Notes under the pieces: generated by a model | Databases searched by the model: none | The model's input: only the letters and a program-made list of their open reading frames with translations | What the model was told of the DNA's origin: nothing | Position numbers and translations under genes: made by a program | Virus record (IMG/VR): IMGVR_UViG_3300043447_000086 | Length of the DNA stretch: 64,000 nucleotides | Strand: one strand, 5' to 3' | DNA from: a virus | Taxonomy: Duplodnaviria > Heunggongvirae > Uroviricota > Caudoviricetes | Shown: in pieces, positions 1-8,881 of the stretch | How the letters are laid out: each line of letters begins with the position of its first letter | How positions within the stretch are numbered: the first letter of the stretch is position 1

Positions 1-610
1 CCTTTTGAGTGCCATTTGCGCAGCGGAGTTCGATAAAGTGAATCCAGCTGCGCAAAGTGCCATTCATATACAAACGAGAGACAGTCAGCCCCTCAGGTAA
101 TACTGCTCGGGCTTGTTCTTTAGCAATCCCGTTGGCAATAGCCCATTTATATTCTTTCTCAACAGCGAATAATACACGCTTTTGAGCACGTTCCCATTCA
201 ATCGCAAGTAGTCTTTGGGCTTCATCTGTCTTGTCTACCTCAACAGAATTTTGCCTATTTTTTGTATCTTGCCATCTCGCTTCACGAATTACAAAAGCGT
301 CGCCGATCTCTGCAGTAGGATCTGCATATCGTTGACTGAATTCTTGGAACGAGAAAGAACGATGACGTAACATCTGACGAGCGATGTCACGGGTGGTTTC
401 AACTTCAAGACAAGCACTGACCATTTCTAGTGGCGACCAGTGTTTATTCTTGACCAAATAACGAATTAACTTCTCTGCTGTCTCTGTGTTGAATTGGTTG
501 CTTGGATTACTAACACGAGCACAAAACGCAACTAACTCTTGTGCATCAACTAAACCCTCATCATACATTTCTCGGGATGGTTTACTATAACTAATCAGTT
601 TCACTTTCAT
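1..610 (-). CDS. thyX: Flavin-dependent thymidylate synthase ThyX (5' part only; gene continues past window start)
   Basis: Minus-strand ORF open to position 1. ATG at 610..608 gives MKVKLISYSKPSREMYDEGL..., and the ThyX signature RHRSFSFQEFSQRY lies downstream. Its ATG overlaps the primase stop (ATGA). Confidence 0.75.
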   Translation of the reverse strand, partial: MKVKLISYSKPSREMYDEGLVDAQELVAFCARVSNPSNQFNTETAEKLIRYLVKNKHWSPLEMVSACLEVETTRDIARQMLRHRSFSFQEFSQRYADPTAEIGDAFVIREARWQDTKNRQNSVEVDKTDEAQRLLAIEWERAQKRVLFAVEKEYKWAIANGIAKEQARAVLPEGLTVSRLYMNGTLRSWIHFIELRCANGTQK

Positions 611-1638
611 ACTTTTTTCCATGTACTAAATTTTAATTTCGCCTCAATCCCCGAAAAGGTATTTGTATTTATCGTTTCGAGAATTTCCTTTGGTGTCATA
701 CCACCTTTAATTACCATATCATTAATATCTTTTTGTTCAATATGTTCAGGGAACATACAAACTGAATACCCTGCTGATATATTCTTCTCTAATAGTTTGG
801 TAATTTCTTTTGATCTTGGTTCATTATCCATCACTAACGTAGCGTTAGTAAGGAGGCTACGAACAGTAGGGGTATCAAAACTGCTTCCTGAAACAGCCAC
901 GCAATTTGGGAGGAATAAAGAGTCGATTGGACCTTCAACCACATAAATTCGTTTGCTGTAATCAATTCTGTCGAGTCCATAAATTTTCTCCTGGGTCTCA
1001 TCGACCTTAATGGTATAATACTTAGGCTGTTCATCACCAAACGCCCTTCCTTGAAAAGCAAAACACTTTCCAGCTGGAGTGAAGTATGGGATGATTAAAC
1101 GAGGGTGTTCACCCTCAATCGGCTCTTGAAACTTTGGTGTCACCGAATTGGTGAATGCTTTAAATTTTGGAGCAAAATAAAGAAGATTCCATTTGTCACG
1201 TGGAATCTTTCTATCAATCAAAACCTTCAACGCTGGGTGATTGCTGGGCAACTTATCCATGCGTGTTAAACCACTGAGGATATCATCCTCAAGCAAATCT
1301 TCTTTGGGAGTTTCTACGATAACACTAGTGTCACTAATGTCTTTGTGATCATTGTATCTTGTTGCGCCAGCTTTGTAGCGTTCAAGAACATACTCATCAT
1401 AAAGGTTGGAGTCTACATACTTGATAAGGTTTCCAAGGTTGGCACCCTTACCACAATTATGACATTTGTAAAAAAGATCCGTCTTGGTGCGATAGAGATA
1501 ACCACGAGCCTTTAGCTTGTTAGTTGCACTATCCCCACAGAAAGGACAAGAAAAGTTCCAGTTGTAATCTTTTTTCTTTTTGAAGTTTCTTAGGCGAGCA
1601 CCCAAGAGTTGAGCGAACTTCACATCAATGTATAGCAT
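607..1638 (-). CDS. 61: DNA primase (T4 gp61-like; zinc ribbon plus TOPRIM)
   Basis: 343 aa against T4 gp61 at 342 aa. N-terminal CPFCGDS...CHNCG zinc ribbon. TOPRIM-like VVEGPIDSLF acidic motif. Confidence 0.8.
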   Translation of the reverse strand: MLYIDVKFAQLLGARLRNFKKKKDYNWNFSCPFCGDSATNKLKARGYLYRTKTDLFYKCHNCGKGANLGNLIKYVDSNLYDEYVLERYKAGATRYNDHKDISDTSVIVETPKEDLLEDDILSGLTRMDKLPSNHPALKVLIDRKIPRDKWNLLYFAPKFKAFTNSVTPKFQEPIEGEHPRLIIPYFTPAGKCFAFQGRAFGDEQPKYYTIKVDETQEKIYGLDRIDYSKRIYVVEGPIDSLFLPNCVAVSGSSFDTPTVRSLLTNATLVMDNEPRSKEITKLLEKNISAGYSVCMFPEHIEQKDINDMVIKGGMTPKEILETINTNTFSGIEAKLKFSTWKKV

Positions 1639-1696
1639 TCCAAAGTATCTCCGTAGATGATGTAATTATACACCACCTACGGTTGCAAAGCAAAAT

Positions 1697-2020
1697 TTAT
1701 TTGATAAATTTGCTGAAAAATTCTAAGTGACCTAAGATGTAACCAACAACGATTGCACCACCAACAATCATCCAGCGCCATCTTTCAAGAAGGTCAACAC
1801 GGGATTTGACTTCTTCCATCGTGCTTTTTAAGGATTGATGCTGTGCTGCGTCGGATTTTGCAAGTGCATCAATCTTTTCGTCTAATTTATCCATAATCTC
1901 ACGATTACCTGTAGTTATACGAGAATGTAATTCTTTGATGTCCTGCTTAACGTCAGCGACATCTTCTTTGATACCGTCTACTTGAGCTTCCAATTTAGCT
2001 ATTCTTTCTGAGTCGACCAT
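1697..2020 (-). CDS. Hypothetical coiled-coil protein with C-terminal transmembrane anchor
   Basis: 107 aa; long heptad-like charged helix followed by WRWMIVGGAIVVGYILGHL hydrophobic segment. Confidence 0.5.
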   Translation of the reverse strand: MVDSERIAKLEAQVDGIKEDVADVKQDIKELHSRITTGNREIMDKLDEKIDALAKSDAAQHQSLKSTMEEVKSRVDLLERWRWMIVGGAIVVGYILGHLEFFSKFIK

Positions 2021-2024
2021 AGGA

Positions 2025-2615
2025 TTACTTGTTGTAAATTTTTTGTTGCTCTCTAATCCACTCTTGTAGTGCCTTTAGTTGCTCGGCTACTTTGTGGTAG
2101 GTTGTGTAGTTTTCTGTGACTGTTGTGGCAACGCCAGAGAGTTTAACTTCGGAGGCTCCTGCATCAACGCCTCGGGTGGAGTCGGGAACTTCATTGCGAC
2201 TGGCACTGTCGTGGAGCAAGACGAAACCATTAGGGATAGTACACTGAGTGTCAGCAGCCGCAGTGATATAAACTGGTACTTCTTTGATGATTGCATCACC
2301 CTTCTCCTTGACGATTTCAACTTTATTAACATATTTAGTAACAACCTTAGTTGTCACTTCAGCAGAAGCAGTTTCCTTTTTAGCCATTTCTAGCTTAGCC
2401 TCTGCAACTTTGGCTTCCCATCGTTCTTGATTAGAGATCCCGCCTTCCATATACAAACCACAAACTACCACAAAAATTGAAATAATCTTTAATGGTAGTG
2501 CGTACTTGGAAATGAATGGAATATTGCCGAATAGGAAAGCTACGAATGTTCCTACTATACCTGCGGCAAGGATAAGGTGAAAAATCCAGAACGGAAGAAG
2601 GTCAAGTATCCACAC
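2025..2615 (-). CDS. Hypothetical membrane protein (N-terminal TM helices plus coiled coil)
   Basis: 196 aa; two or three predicted TM segments in first 60 aa (LILAAGIVGTFVAFLFG, IISIFVVVCGLYM), Lys/Glu-rich helix after. Confidence 0.5.
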   Translation of the reverse strand: MWILDLLPFWIFHLILAAGIVGTFVAFLFGNIPFISKYALPLKIISIFVVVCGLYMEGGISNQERWEAKVAEAKLEMAKKETASAEVTTKVVTKYVNKVEIVKEKGDAIIKEVPVYITAAADTQCTIPNGFVLLHDSASRNEVPDSTRGVDAGASEVKLSGVATTVTENYTTYHKVAEQLKALQEWIREQQKIYNK

Positions 2616-2616
2616 C

Positions 2617-3150
2617 TTAACACTCCACTGGAGTAGATCTGCGGGACATCACTTGGTACTTCTTGATATTTTTCTTACTGATCTTTGGTTCTTGTGTGGC
2701 TACTGGTCCACTAGTATTATTTGTTGGTGCGCCACCGATAGCTGCTGCACCTTCTTCAGAAAGAACTTTAGACACAATAAGCTGTTCTTCTGCTAGTACA
2801 ACATTGTTGTCAAGCATTCGCATAACTTCTTTGTATCGTTCTTCCATAAGAGAAGTAGTTCTAGAACCACTCTCGTAATATTCTTTAACTAACCAAAGAG
2901 CACCCACCATACTCTTCAGCTGATTCTCACCGCCTGGTAGTCTGTTGATGAGTTTCTTCATATTGAACACTAATCTGTGCAGATACGTGAATGCATCTCT
3001 CTCTTCGCTGGTGCGAAGAGTGCTAGATGGTTTTAAAGTATTACCACGTGCGTCAATAATACCAAGTTTGAATGCTTTGGTATCACTAAAGTTTGTGACC
3101 ATCATTCTAACTATCTTTAACGCCATTGCGTTATCTACAACACGAGACAT
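2617..3150 (-). CDS. Hypothetical protein
   Basis: 177 aa ORF, same strand and tight spacing with neighbours; no recognisable motif. Confidence 0.5.
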   Translation of the reverse strand: MSRVVDNAMALKIVRMMVTNFSDTKAFKLGIIDARGNTLKPSSTLRTSEERDAFTYLHRLVFNMKKLINRLPGGENQLKSMVGALWLVKEYYESGSRTTSLMEERYKEVMRMLDNNVVLAEEQLIVSKVLSEEGAAAIGGAPTNNTSGPVATQEPKISKKNIKKYQVMSRRSTPVEC

Positions 3151-3533
3151 TAGATGTTCCTTAACGTAGCTATAATTCTTTCGTCTAATTTAATATCAGA
3201 AAGTTTTATTCCATGCTGTGGTATTGTTTCTGGCATTCTCTGTAGATAAACCAAAAACGTTACTAAAGCATCCCAATTAGATTCTTCAATCTTATAGAAC
3301 AGCATATTAGTTGCTGCTTCACCAAATATGTTATAAAGAACTATGATATGATTAAGAATTAATCTTTCTCTTAGTTCACCATTAATTTTATAACGTGTTA
3401 ATAACTTCTTTAAGTATAAAATCTTTTTAAGATCGTCTTCAAACTCTGCAACACTATGACATTGTGGGTTATCATAGTGATGCATTGCGTATACTAAAAA
3501 GTTACTTTCATCCAATTTTGTTTGCATAATCAA
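3150..3533 (-). CDS. Hypothetical protein
   Basis: 127 aa ORF; ATGA-type overlap with downstream gene. Confidence 0.5.
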   Translation of the reverse strand: MIMQTKLDESNFLVYAMHHYDNPQCHSVAEFEDDLKKILYLKKLLTRYKINGELRERLILNHIIVLYNIFGEAATNMLFYKIEESNWDALVTFLVYLQRMPETIPQHGIKLSDIKLDERIIATLRNI

Positions 3534-3564
3534 ATGGAGGGACTAGCCCTCCAATATAATCTAA

Positions 3565-3855
3565 TTAAGCGTCAGCAACAACTGCGTCGTCTGCTGCGTC
3601 ACCTGTCATAGAACCCATAGCTACTAAAGTCTCAGTCTTATTACGGACGTTACCTTGTGCATCGGTATATGTAACACGACGAACCCAACCAGCGTGTTGC
3701 ATACCTTTAGCTTTATTAGAAGCTACGTTTTCTTCTACAGCGTCAACGCCGTAAGTGATTGCTACACCAGCACTACCACCGACAGTTCCGTTAGCATCTT
3801 GGCTAATGAACTTTGGTTTGCTTTGTGCGTTATCTGTATTTCCCCATAGTGCCAT
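3565..3855 (-). CDS. Hypothetical Gly/Ala/Val/Thr-rich small protein
   Basis: 96 aa ORF; no motif recognised. Confidence 0.45.
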   Translation of the reverse strand: MALWGNTDNAQSKPKFISQDANGTVGGSAGVAITYGVDAVEENVASNKAKGMQHAGWVRRVTYTDAQGNVRNKTETLVAMGSMTGDAADDAVVADA

Positions 3856-3885
3856 TTTAATCTCCTTGATTTTTGGACTGTAATC

Positions 3886-4758
3886 TTATTTATTCTTCTT
3901 TGCTGACATGTCGTCAGCATCGTCGTCTTCTTTTTCTGGCTTTTGTGCAGAGCCACCATAACGACTACCTTTTTTAACACCAGCGCCACCACCTTGTTGC
4001 TGCTTATACTTGTCACCAAATTTAGCAGTATGTTCTGGAGTACCTGGCCATAGACCTTCTTTCAATGCCTGTAGAAGTTCTTCTGCGGTAAAGGATTCTT
4101 TCTTGACTTTCTTAGCATCTTCCCACTTTTCTTCATGTGGTTTATCACCAGCTGCGTGAACCTTATCAACGTCAACAGGCTTACCCATCTTTCCTTCTTT
4201 TAATTTTGTGCGAAGAAGTTTAAAGTCTTGCTTGTCCAACTTACCGTTTTTGTTCTTATCAAGATTAACTTGACCGCCTTTTAGCTGTTCTGAAATTTGA
4301 AACTTATGCATTTCCCCTGCTCCCATCTTTCCATCTTTGTGTGCTTTAATATGGACTTCTTTATCAGACTTGTGTTTTACAACACCAGATAGTTTGTCGC
4401 CAGTGCTTGAATGATAGAAATCAGTTTCTTGACCAGATGTCATATGTTTAGCCATTGTTGGGTGCATCTTACCAGCAGAAGCGTATTCACGATGATTAAC
4501 TTCATCGATCTGTTCAACTTCTTCTTTCATGCCTAGTTTACGTAGAAGGTTAGCCACCTTACCACGTTTACGGCGTTCTTTGTTCTTAGCGTCTGCTAGT
4601 TCTTGTTTGGCCATGGCAGCACTGTCAAATGTCCAAGATTCGTTATGTTGATCTTTCATTTCTTTATCCGTTTTCTTTTTAGTTGCTACATCGGGAACAC
4701 CAAGCTCGATCTTATCTGTTCCATTTGGTTGGATAGTACCTTCGTTCGTTTGTTTCAT
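3886..4758 (-). CDS. Highly charged Lys/Glu/His/Gly-rich protein with EF-hand-like Ca-binding loop (internal-head-protein-like)
   Basis: 290 aa of low-complexity charged sequence. The DKNKNGKLDKQD loop fits the canonical EF-hand pattern (positions 1,3,5 D/N, 6 G, 8 L, 12 D). First member of the block 3886-8837. Confidence 0.5.
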   Translation of the reverse strand: MKQTNEGTIQPNGTDKIELGVPDVATKKKTDKEMKDQHNESWTFDSAAMAKQELADAKNKERRKRGKVANLLRKLGMKEEVEQIDEVNHREYASAGKMHPTMAKHMTSGQETDFYHSSTGDKLSGVVKHKSDKEVHIKAHKDGKMGAGEMHKFQISEQLKGGQVNLDKNKNGKLDKQDFKLLRTKLKEGKMGKPVDVDKVHAAGDKPHEEKWEDAKKVKKESFTAEELLQALKEGLWPGTPEHTAKFGDKYKQQQGGGAGVKKGSRYGGSAQKPEKEDDDADDMSAKKNK

Positions 4759-5366
4759 TCGTGCCCCATATGTTTACGTAAGTCGTGGTATAATGCATCT
4801 TTGTGCTCAGGCTTCATCTTAGAAGGTAAATTCTTATGGAAGTCGCCTTTGTTACCAGAAGAAGCATGCTCACGCATCTTAGTTCCAGAAACTCCAGCAG
4901 TACCTTCAGAGTCTGGATCACGTTCTCCAGAAGAGTGCACGTGGATAGACTTAAAGTTATAATGGCCATGAGCAGCTTTTTGCCCATTATATTTATGCAA
5001 CAGTTCGTGCATTGCTTCGTGACGATCAGAGCCAGCAACAACGTGAAGATGTTTCACACCAGCCTTGTGTAAGTCTGCAGCGTGATGAAGAATAGTTGGC
5101 TTTTCTTTAGAAGCACCACGAACATTTGTTCCTGGAAATGCATTCTTGGCATGCTCGACTTTCTTATCAACAGGAAGTGGATTCTTCTTTTTATCTTCGC
5201 TGTGTGACAGAACCACATGATGTTCTGCGCCATGCTCTTTAGCAACTTCGTGAACCTTATTAACAACCTGTTCGTGTCCAGCTGTCGGAGGATTCATACG
5301 ACCAAAAGCCAAGACTGCATGCTTCTCAGTCTTAGCTTCTTTTAGGAATGATAGGAAGGATAACAT
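4755..5366 (-). CDS. HxGH-family nucleotidyltransferase-like protein with T4-type capsid-targeting N-terminus and His-rich C-terminal tail
   Basis: Track start at 5378 is GTG; first ATG is at 5366 (MLSFLSFLKE-AKTE). It carries the FGRMNPPTAGHEQVV (T/H)xGH nucleotidyltransferase motif. Its N-domain is paralogous to 7992..8837. The ATG overlaps the stop of the upstream gene by 1 nt (TAATG). Confidence 0.6.
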   Translation of the reverse strand: MLSFLSFLKEAKTEKHAVLAFGRMNPPTAGHEQVVNKVHEVAKEHGAEHHVVLSHSEDKKKNPLPVDKKVEHAKNAFPGTNVRGASKEKPTILHHAADLHKAGVKHLHVVAGSDRHEAMHELLHKYNGQKAAHGHYNFKSIHVHSSGERDPDSEGTAGVSGTKMREHASSGNKGDFHKNLPSKMKPEHKDALYHDLRKHMGHE

Positions 5367-6133
5367 TAGCAGTTCCACTTTCTTAGTGCCAACGCCTTGC
5401 GTGTTGGTTCACCATTTGGTTTACGCATTGGTCCTTCTACACCACTCATACGTGCGCAGAAAGACTTACGACGATTAGCGGCTTTGCTACCCTTCTTTAA
5501 CTTAGAAGGTGGTGTAGTAACTGGAGCCTTTAGATTAGAACCTTCTTTACGATTGTAAGCATCACGACCCTTTTGAGTCAAGCCACCAGTAGAAGACTTG
5601 TAACCTTTAGCATCAACTGCTGCTTCGTCTAGTTCTGTTTCTTCTTTGACGCAAGAGTCTTCGGCACATGGCTTGGATCCAGGTTTACGTTTGTAGCCTG
5701 TCCAGCATGTGCATGCTTCTAGTAACTCTTCATCGCTAAATTCATCTAATTCTTCCCAGACTTGCTCCAGGTCCATCTCAGTCTCTAAAGCGATTTCTTC
5801 TGCCATCTGTTCGATTAAATCGAAATGCTCATCAGCAGATAACTCTTCTTTAACATTGGTTGGGTGACCATTGATCGGCTTCTTAGTTGCTTTATATGCT
5901 TTGTGCTCTGGAGTACCCTTGATGTATTTTTTATCTAAAGTAGGAGCGACTGGAGCTTGTTCCACTACACTTTCGTTTTGTGATGCCTTTAGTGCAGCTG
6001 CAGTTGGTGCACCTTCACTTCCAGGTTTACGCATACGTTCGCCAGAACCAGCTTTGATGCGTTTACGTTTGGCGTGGATATTATCCCACAATCCACGTTC
6101 GCCTTCTTGTAGATAGTCGATAAATGTTTTCAT
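5366..6133 (-). CDS. Charged internal-head-protein-like protein with capsid-targeting sequence (MKTFIDYLQE-)
   Basis: The long track ORF (to 6235) would overlap the 79 aa gene by 100 nt in another frame. The internal ATG at 6133 gives MKTFIDYLQEGERG, matching the CTS motif shared by neighbours. Lys-rich, with a CTCWTGYKRKPGSKPCAEDSC Cys cluster. Confidence 0.55.
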   Translation of the reverse strand: MKTFIDYLQEGERGLWDNIHAKRKRIKAGSGERMRKPGSEGAPTAAALKASQNESVVEQAPVAPTLDKKYIKGTPEHKAYKATKKPINGHPTNVKEELSADEHFDLIEQMAEEIALETEMDLEQVWEELDEFSDEELLEACTCWTGYKRKPGSKPCAEDSCVKEETELDEAAVDAKGYKSSTGGLTQKGRDAYNRKEGSNLKAPVTTPPSKLKKGSKAANRRKSFCARMSGVEGPMRKPNGEPTRKALALRKWNC

Positions 6134-6134
6134 T

Positions 6135-6374
6135 TTAAGTCCCGTAAGTGTCGTCGATAGCACCAGAACGGAAACCAGTTTTCTGTGGTACGTGGCGTGC
6201 TGGTGGCGGTGGGTTCTTCTTTCTTTCTTCAGCACGTTTCTTTAGTAACTCTTCTGTCTCTTTTCTCTTTTGGTCAGCAGTTACAATACGTGCACCCTTG
6301 TAGCCCTTTTCGTGAGCCATCTTTAAAAAGTCGTCGGCTAGACCTTCTTGAATGAATTCTTTAAATGTGATCAT
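6135..6374 (-). CDS. Small charged protein with capsid-targeting-like N-terminus (MITFKEFIQE-)
   Basis: 79 aa; N-terminus matches T4 IP CTS MKTYQEFIAE pattern; PPPP motif; ATGA overlap upstream. Confidence 0.5.
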   Translation of the reverse strand: MITFKEFIQEGLADDFLKMAHEKGYKGARIVTADQKRKETEELLKKRAEERKKNPPPPARHVPQKTGFRSGAIDDTYGT

Positions 6375-7546
6375 TTCTTTACCTTTAATAAGTTAGCTTT
6401 TGCGAACTCAGAACGATTAACCAGCTTGGTTGGTTCATCTCTGTGATTGACAACGAATCCTTCTGGTTTAGATTTAGTTCCGTTGATGTGGTGTTCATAG
6501 CCACCCTCATGAGTTTCTAGATGTTTAACTAGAGTATTCTTGGCTTGTTGTAAGTGATGGTGCATAGCGAACAGATTGTTGTAGTGTTCTTTGTTCGCTT
6601 CTACATGGGAAACTTGATCAGCATGTTCAGCACGTTTTGCCGACTGTGATCTTTCAGTCTTAACTTTAGCAGCAGCTTTCTCGCCTTGTGCTGTGATATG
6701 CTTTTGGAAACCTTGTGCTGTTGGCTTCTCATCATTTTTAACAGTGCTGTTAATGTAAGTAGTCATATGAGTGCTTTCGCCACGATGCATCTGAGTAGCA
6801 CTGTACATATCTTTGCCATGAGTGTCATGGATCTTCTTAGCGGCATCCATATGGCTTTGGAATTCTTTGTGAGCACTTTCTGGATAGTGAATCTTAGAAG
6901 TGTCGTGCTCAGCTGTATGATGTGCAACATCCTTGTGCGAGCCGAACTCTTTGTCGCTAACATGCGGTGTGGCTTTCATAGAAGCCATTGTCTTACCTTC
7001 ATACTTGGTATGAGTGACAACACCCAGCTTAGCGTCTTTGTGTGCCTTAGCTTGGTCGCCTTTGGCAGTATAAGTGATAGTGTTTGGTTTGAAGGATACT
7101 TCACCCTTCTTGTGTTCAACATCACCACTGTGCATAATGTCACCTTGATATACACCCTTCTTAGGTGCAACTTTAGGTAGGTGGTCAAGAGCAGCTTTTA
7201 GTTTAGTAACTAGACCTGGAGCATGGCCATGGTGCTTCTCGATATCTTCGTGGGTGTAGTTTAGTTTTGGATTCTTATTGAATGCAGACTTGGAAGCGAC
7301 GAAAAACTTTTTGGTTTCTGGGTGGTGACCATAAACAACAGATGGAGAACCATCGTACTTCATAGTAAGATCACTAGACTTCTTACCCGATTTCATATGT
7401 TGATGTGCTTGTGTCAGAGCACCATGTGCATGCTCGAAACCAGTTTTACCGTGCATCAATGGACGGTCTTCTGCATGGTGAATGTGCTTTAGTTTAGCAC
7501 CTTCTGCTTCGGCTTCTTCTTTTAGAAAGTCGATAAAAGATTTCAT
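6371..7546 (-). CDS. Histidine-rich charged protein with capsid-targeting sequence (MKSFIDFLKE-), internal-head-protein-like
   Basis: 391 aa, extremely His/Lys/Glu/Gly rich (many HH, HxH and HGH runs), with the same N-terminal motif as its neighbours. Confidence 0.55.
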   Translation of the reverse strand: MKSFIDFLKEEAEAEGAKLKHIHHAEDRPLMHGKTGFEHAHGALTQAHQHMKSGKKSSDLTMKYDGSPSVVYGHHPETKKFFVASKSAFNKNPKLNYTHEDIEKHHGHAPGLVTKLKAALDHLPKVAPKKGVYQGDIMHSGDVEHKKGEVSFKPNTITYTAKGDQAKAHKDAKLGVVTHTKYEGKTMASMKATPHVSDKEFGSHKDVAHHTAEHDTSKIHYPESAHKEFQSHMDAAKKIHDTHGKDMYSATQMHRGESTHMTTYINSTVKNDEKPTAQGFQKHITAQGEKAAAKVKTERSQSAKRAEHADQVSHVEANKEHYNNLFAMHHHLQQAKNTLVKHLETHEGGYEHHINGTKSKPEGFVVNHRDEPTKLVNRSEFAKANLLKVKK

Positions 7547-8007
7547 TATCCTACCTTTTTAGCTGATGCCTTTAAGAACCAACCATGCTTCTGGTGAGTG
7601 TCGATTCTATCTGCGATAAAGTTACAAATACCTTGTTGTTTGTTTGCATTAGCAACATCAAACACTTTGTTTAAGTTTGCCAGCACTTCATTGTTGGCTT
7701 CGATAAGTTTAGCCAAGATGTCGACAATCAGAACAACACGAGTAGTTTCTTCTTCTAATGTTTTATACTTGTACAATTCATCAATACTTACTGGAGCATA
7801 ATCATCTAGTTTACGCAGCAGTTCAGCAGTTGGATCAATTGATCCGTACACATCGCTATACAAATCACCTAGAAAATCATGGTACTGTGTAAACTCAATA
7901 CCCTCAATGTTCCAATGGAATTGATGCGCCTTATAATACATAACTGTGGCATTGGCCAACAGAATTTTAATTCTTGTTTTTAACTCATCCATTATTTGGC
8001 TCTCCAC
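7546..8007 (-). CDS. Dps-like ferritin-fold DNA-binding protein
   Basis: 153 aa. The AHQFHWNIEGIEFTQYHDFLGDLYSDV ... DPTAELLRKLDD region matches the Dps ferroxidase-site pattern (HW.V.G..F..H ... D..AE). Confidence 0.6.
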   Translation of the reverse strand: MESQIMDELKTRIKILLANATVMYYKAHQFHWNIEGIEFTQYHDFLGDLYSDVYGSIDPTAELLRKLDDYAPVSIDELYKYKTLEEETTRVVLIVDILAKLIEANNEVLANLNKVFDVANANKQQGICNFIADRIDTHQKHGWFLKASAKKVG

Positions 8008-8837
8008 TCTTTAAACGACTCTTTAAAAAAAGGATCGAAGGTTTTACCGCTAAGTGGAACTGTGCCACTTTCTGCAGGAACCGATGTGTTCCCATTTTTA
8101 AATTTAAAATTCTTTTTTACTTGTTTGACTTCCTGGATCCACTTAGACACAAGTTTACCTGTTTCGTCTTTCAAAAGCAAATGATTTGACCCACGCTTTA
8201 CAATCTCGTATTCTACTCCATCGTTTTCAACGATGTCGCCAACATTAAAGATCTCGCCTCTGAAATATTGTTCTCTCAAGTCGTCTTTTACCAAGTTTAA
8301 CTGTTCTTTGATTGGCTCTAAACCAGAACCAATACGGATATCGTTCATCAAGCGACGACTATCAAGTTCACGAATAGAGGTAGGAAGATTCTTCTTAAAC
8401 TCTTCGTATAAACCTTTTGCTGCTAGACTTCTAGCAGAGTCTTCGCTATCAGGATCCTTGTCACCAATGGATACAGTTTCAACCATATACTTCTTCAATG
8501 ATTGAACCTTATCAGCGCTAGTAACAACGATGATGTTCTTATAGCTTTCCTTCAGTTTCTTGATCACATCACCGATGTTATCACCAGACTCTACAAAATT
8601 GGTCTTAGGGAACACCAGTTCAAGATACTGAAGTTTCTTTTCTACTAATAGGGGATTCTTTTTCGCATCGCTTACATTGGATGCATAGACTACGTGGTCT
8701 GCGCCTTTAGACTCAGCCAGCTTTTTAACAGTCTTGACCATCATCTCATGGGCTAGTGTTGGAGGATTAAATCTTCCGCAAGCTAAAACGACGGTTTTGG
8801 ACGGTAATTCTCTTAGGAATTGCTTATAATCTTTCAT
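7992..8837 (-). CDS. HxGH-family nucleotidyltransferase-like protein with capsid-targeting-like N-terminus (MKDYKQFLRE-)
   Basis: 281 aa. The VVLACGRFNPPTLAHEMM motif is paralogous to 4755..5366. An unrelated domain of about 130 aa follows at the C-terminus. Confidence 0.6.
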   Translation of the reverse strand: MKDYKQFLRELPSKTVVLACGRFNPPTLAHEMMVKTVKKLAESKGADHVVYASNVSDAKKNPLLVEKKLQYLELVFPKTNFVESGDNIGDVIKKLKESYKNIIVVTSADKVQSLKKYMVETVSIGDKDPDSEDSARSLAAKGLYEEFKKNLPTSIRELDSRRLMNDIRIGSGLEPIKEQLNLVKDDLREQYFRGEIFNVGDIVENDGVEYEIVKRGSNHLLLKDETGKLVSKWIQEVKQVKKNFKFKNGNTSVPAESGTVPLSGKTFDPFFKESFKEWRAK

Positions 8838-8881
8838 TTGAATCCATCTATAAAGTAATATACAATTATTTAGGAACGGTC

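Noticed and set aside
5366-6235. Long (289 aa) version of the charged capsid-targeted protein starting at 6235
   Set aside because: Its first 34 codons overlap the 79 aa gene in another frame. An internal ATG at 6133 yields the same MKTFIDYLQE capsid-targeting motif as the neighbours, so the shorter form is preferred.
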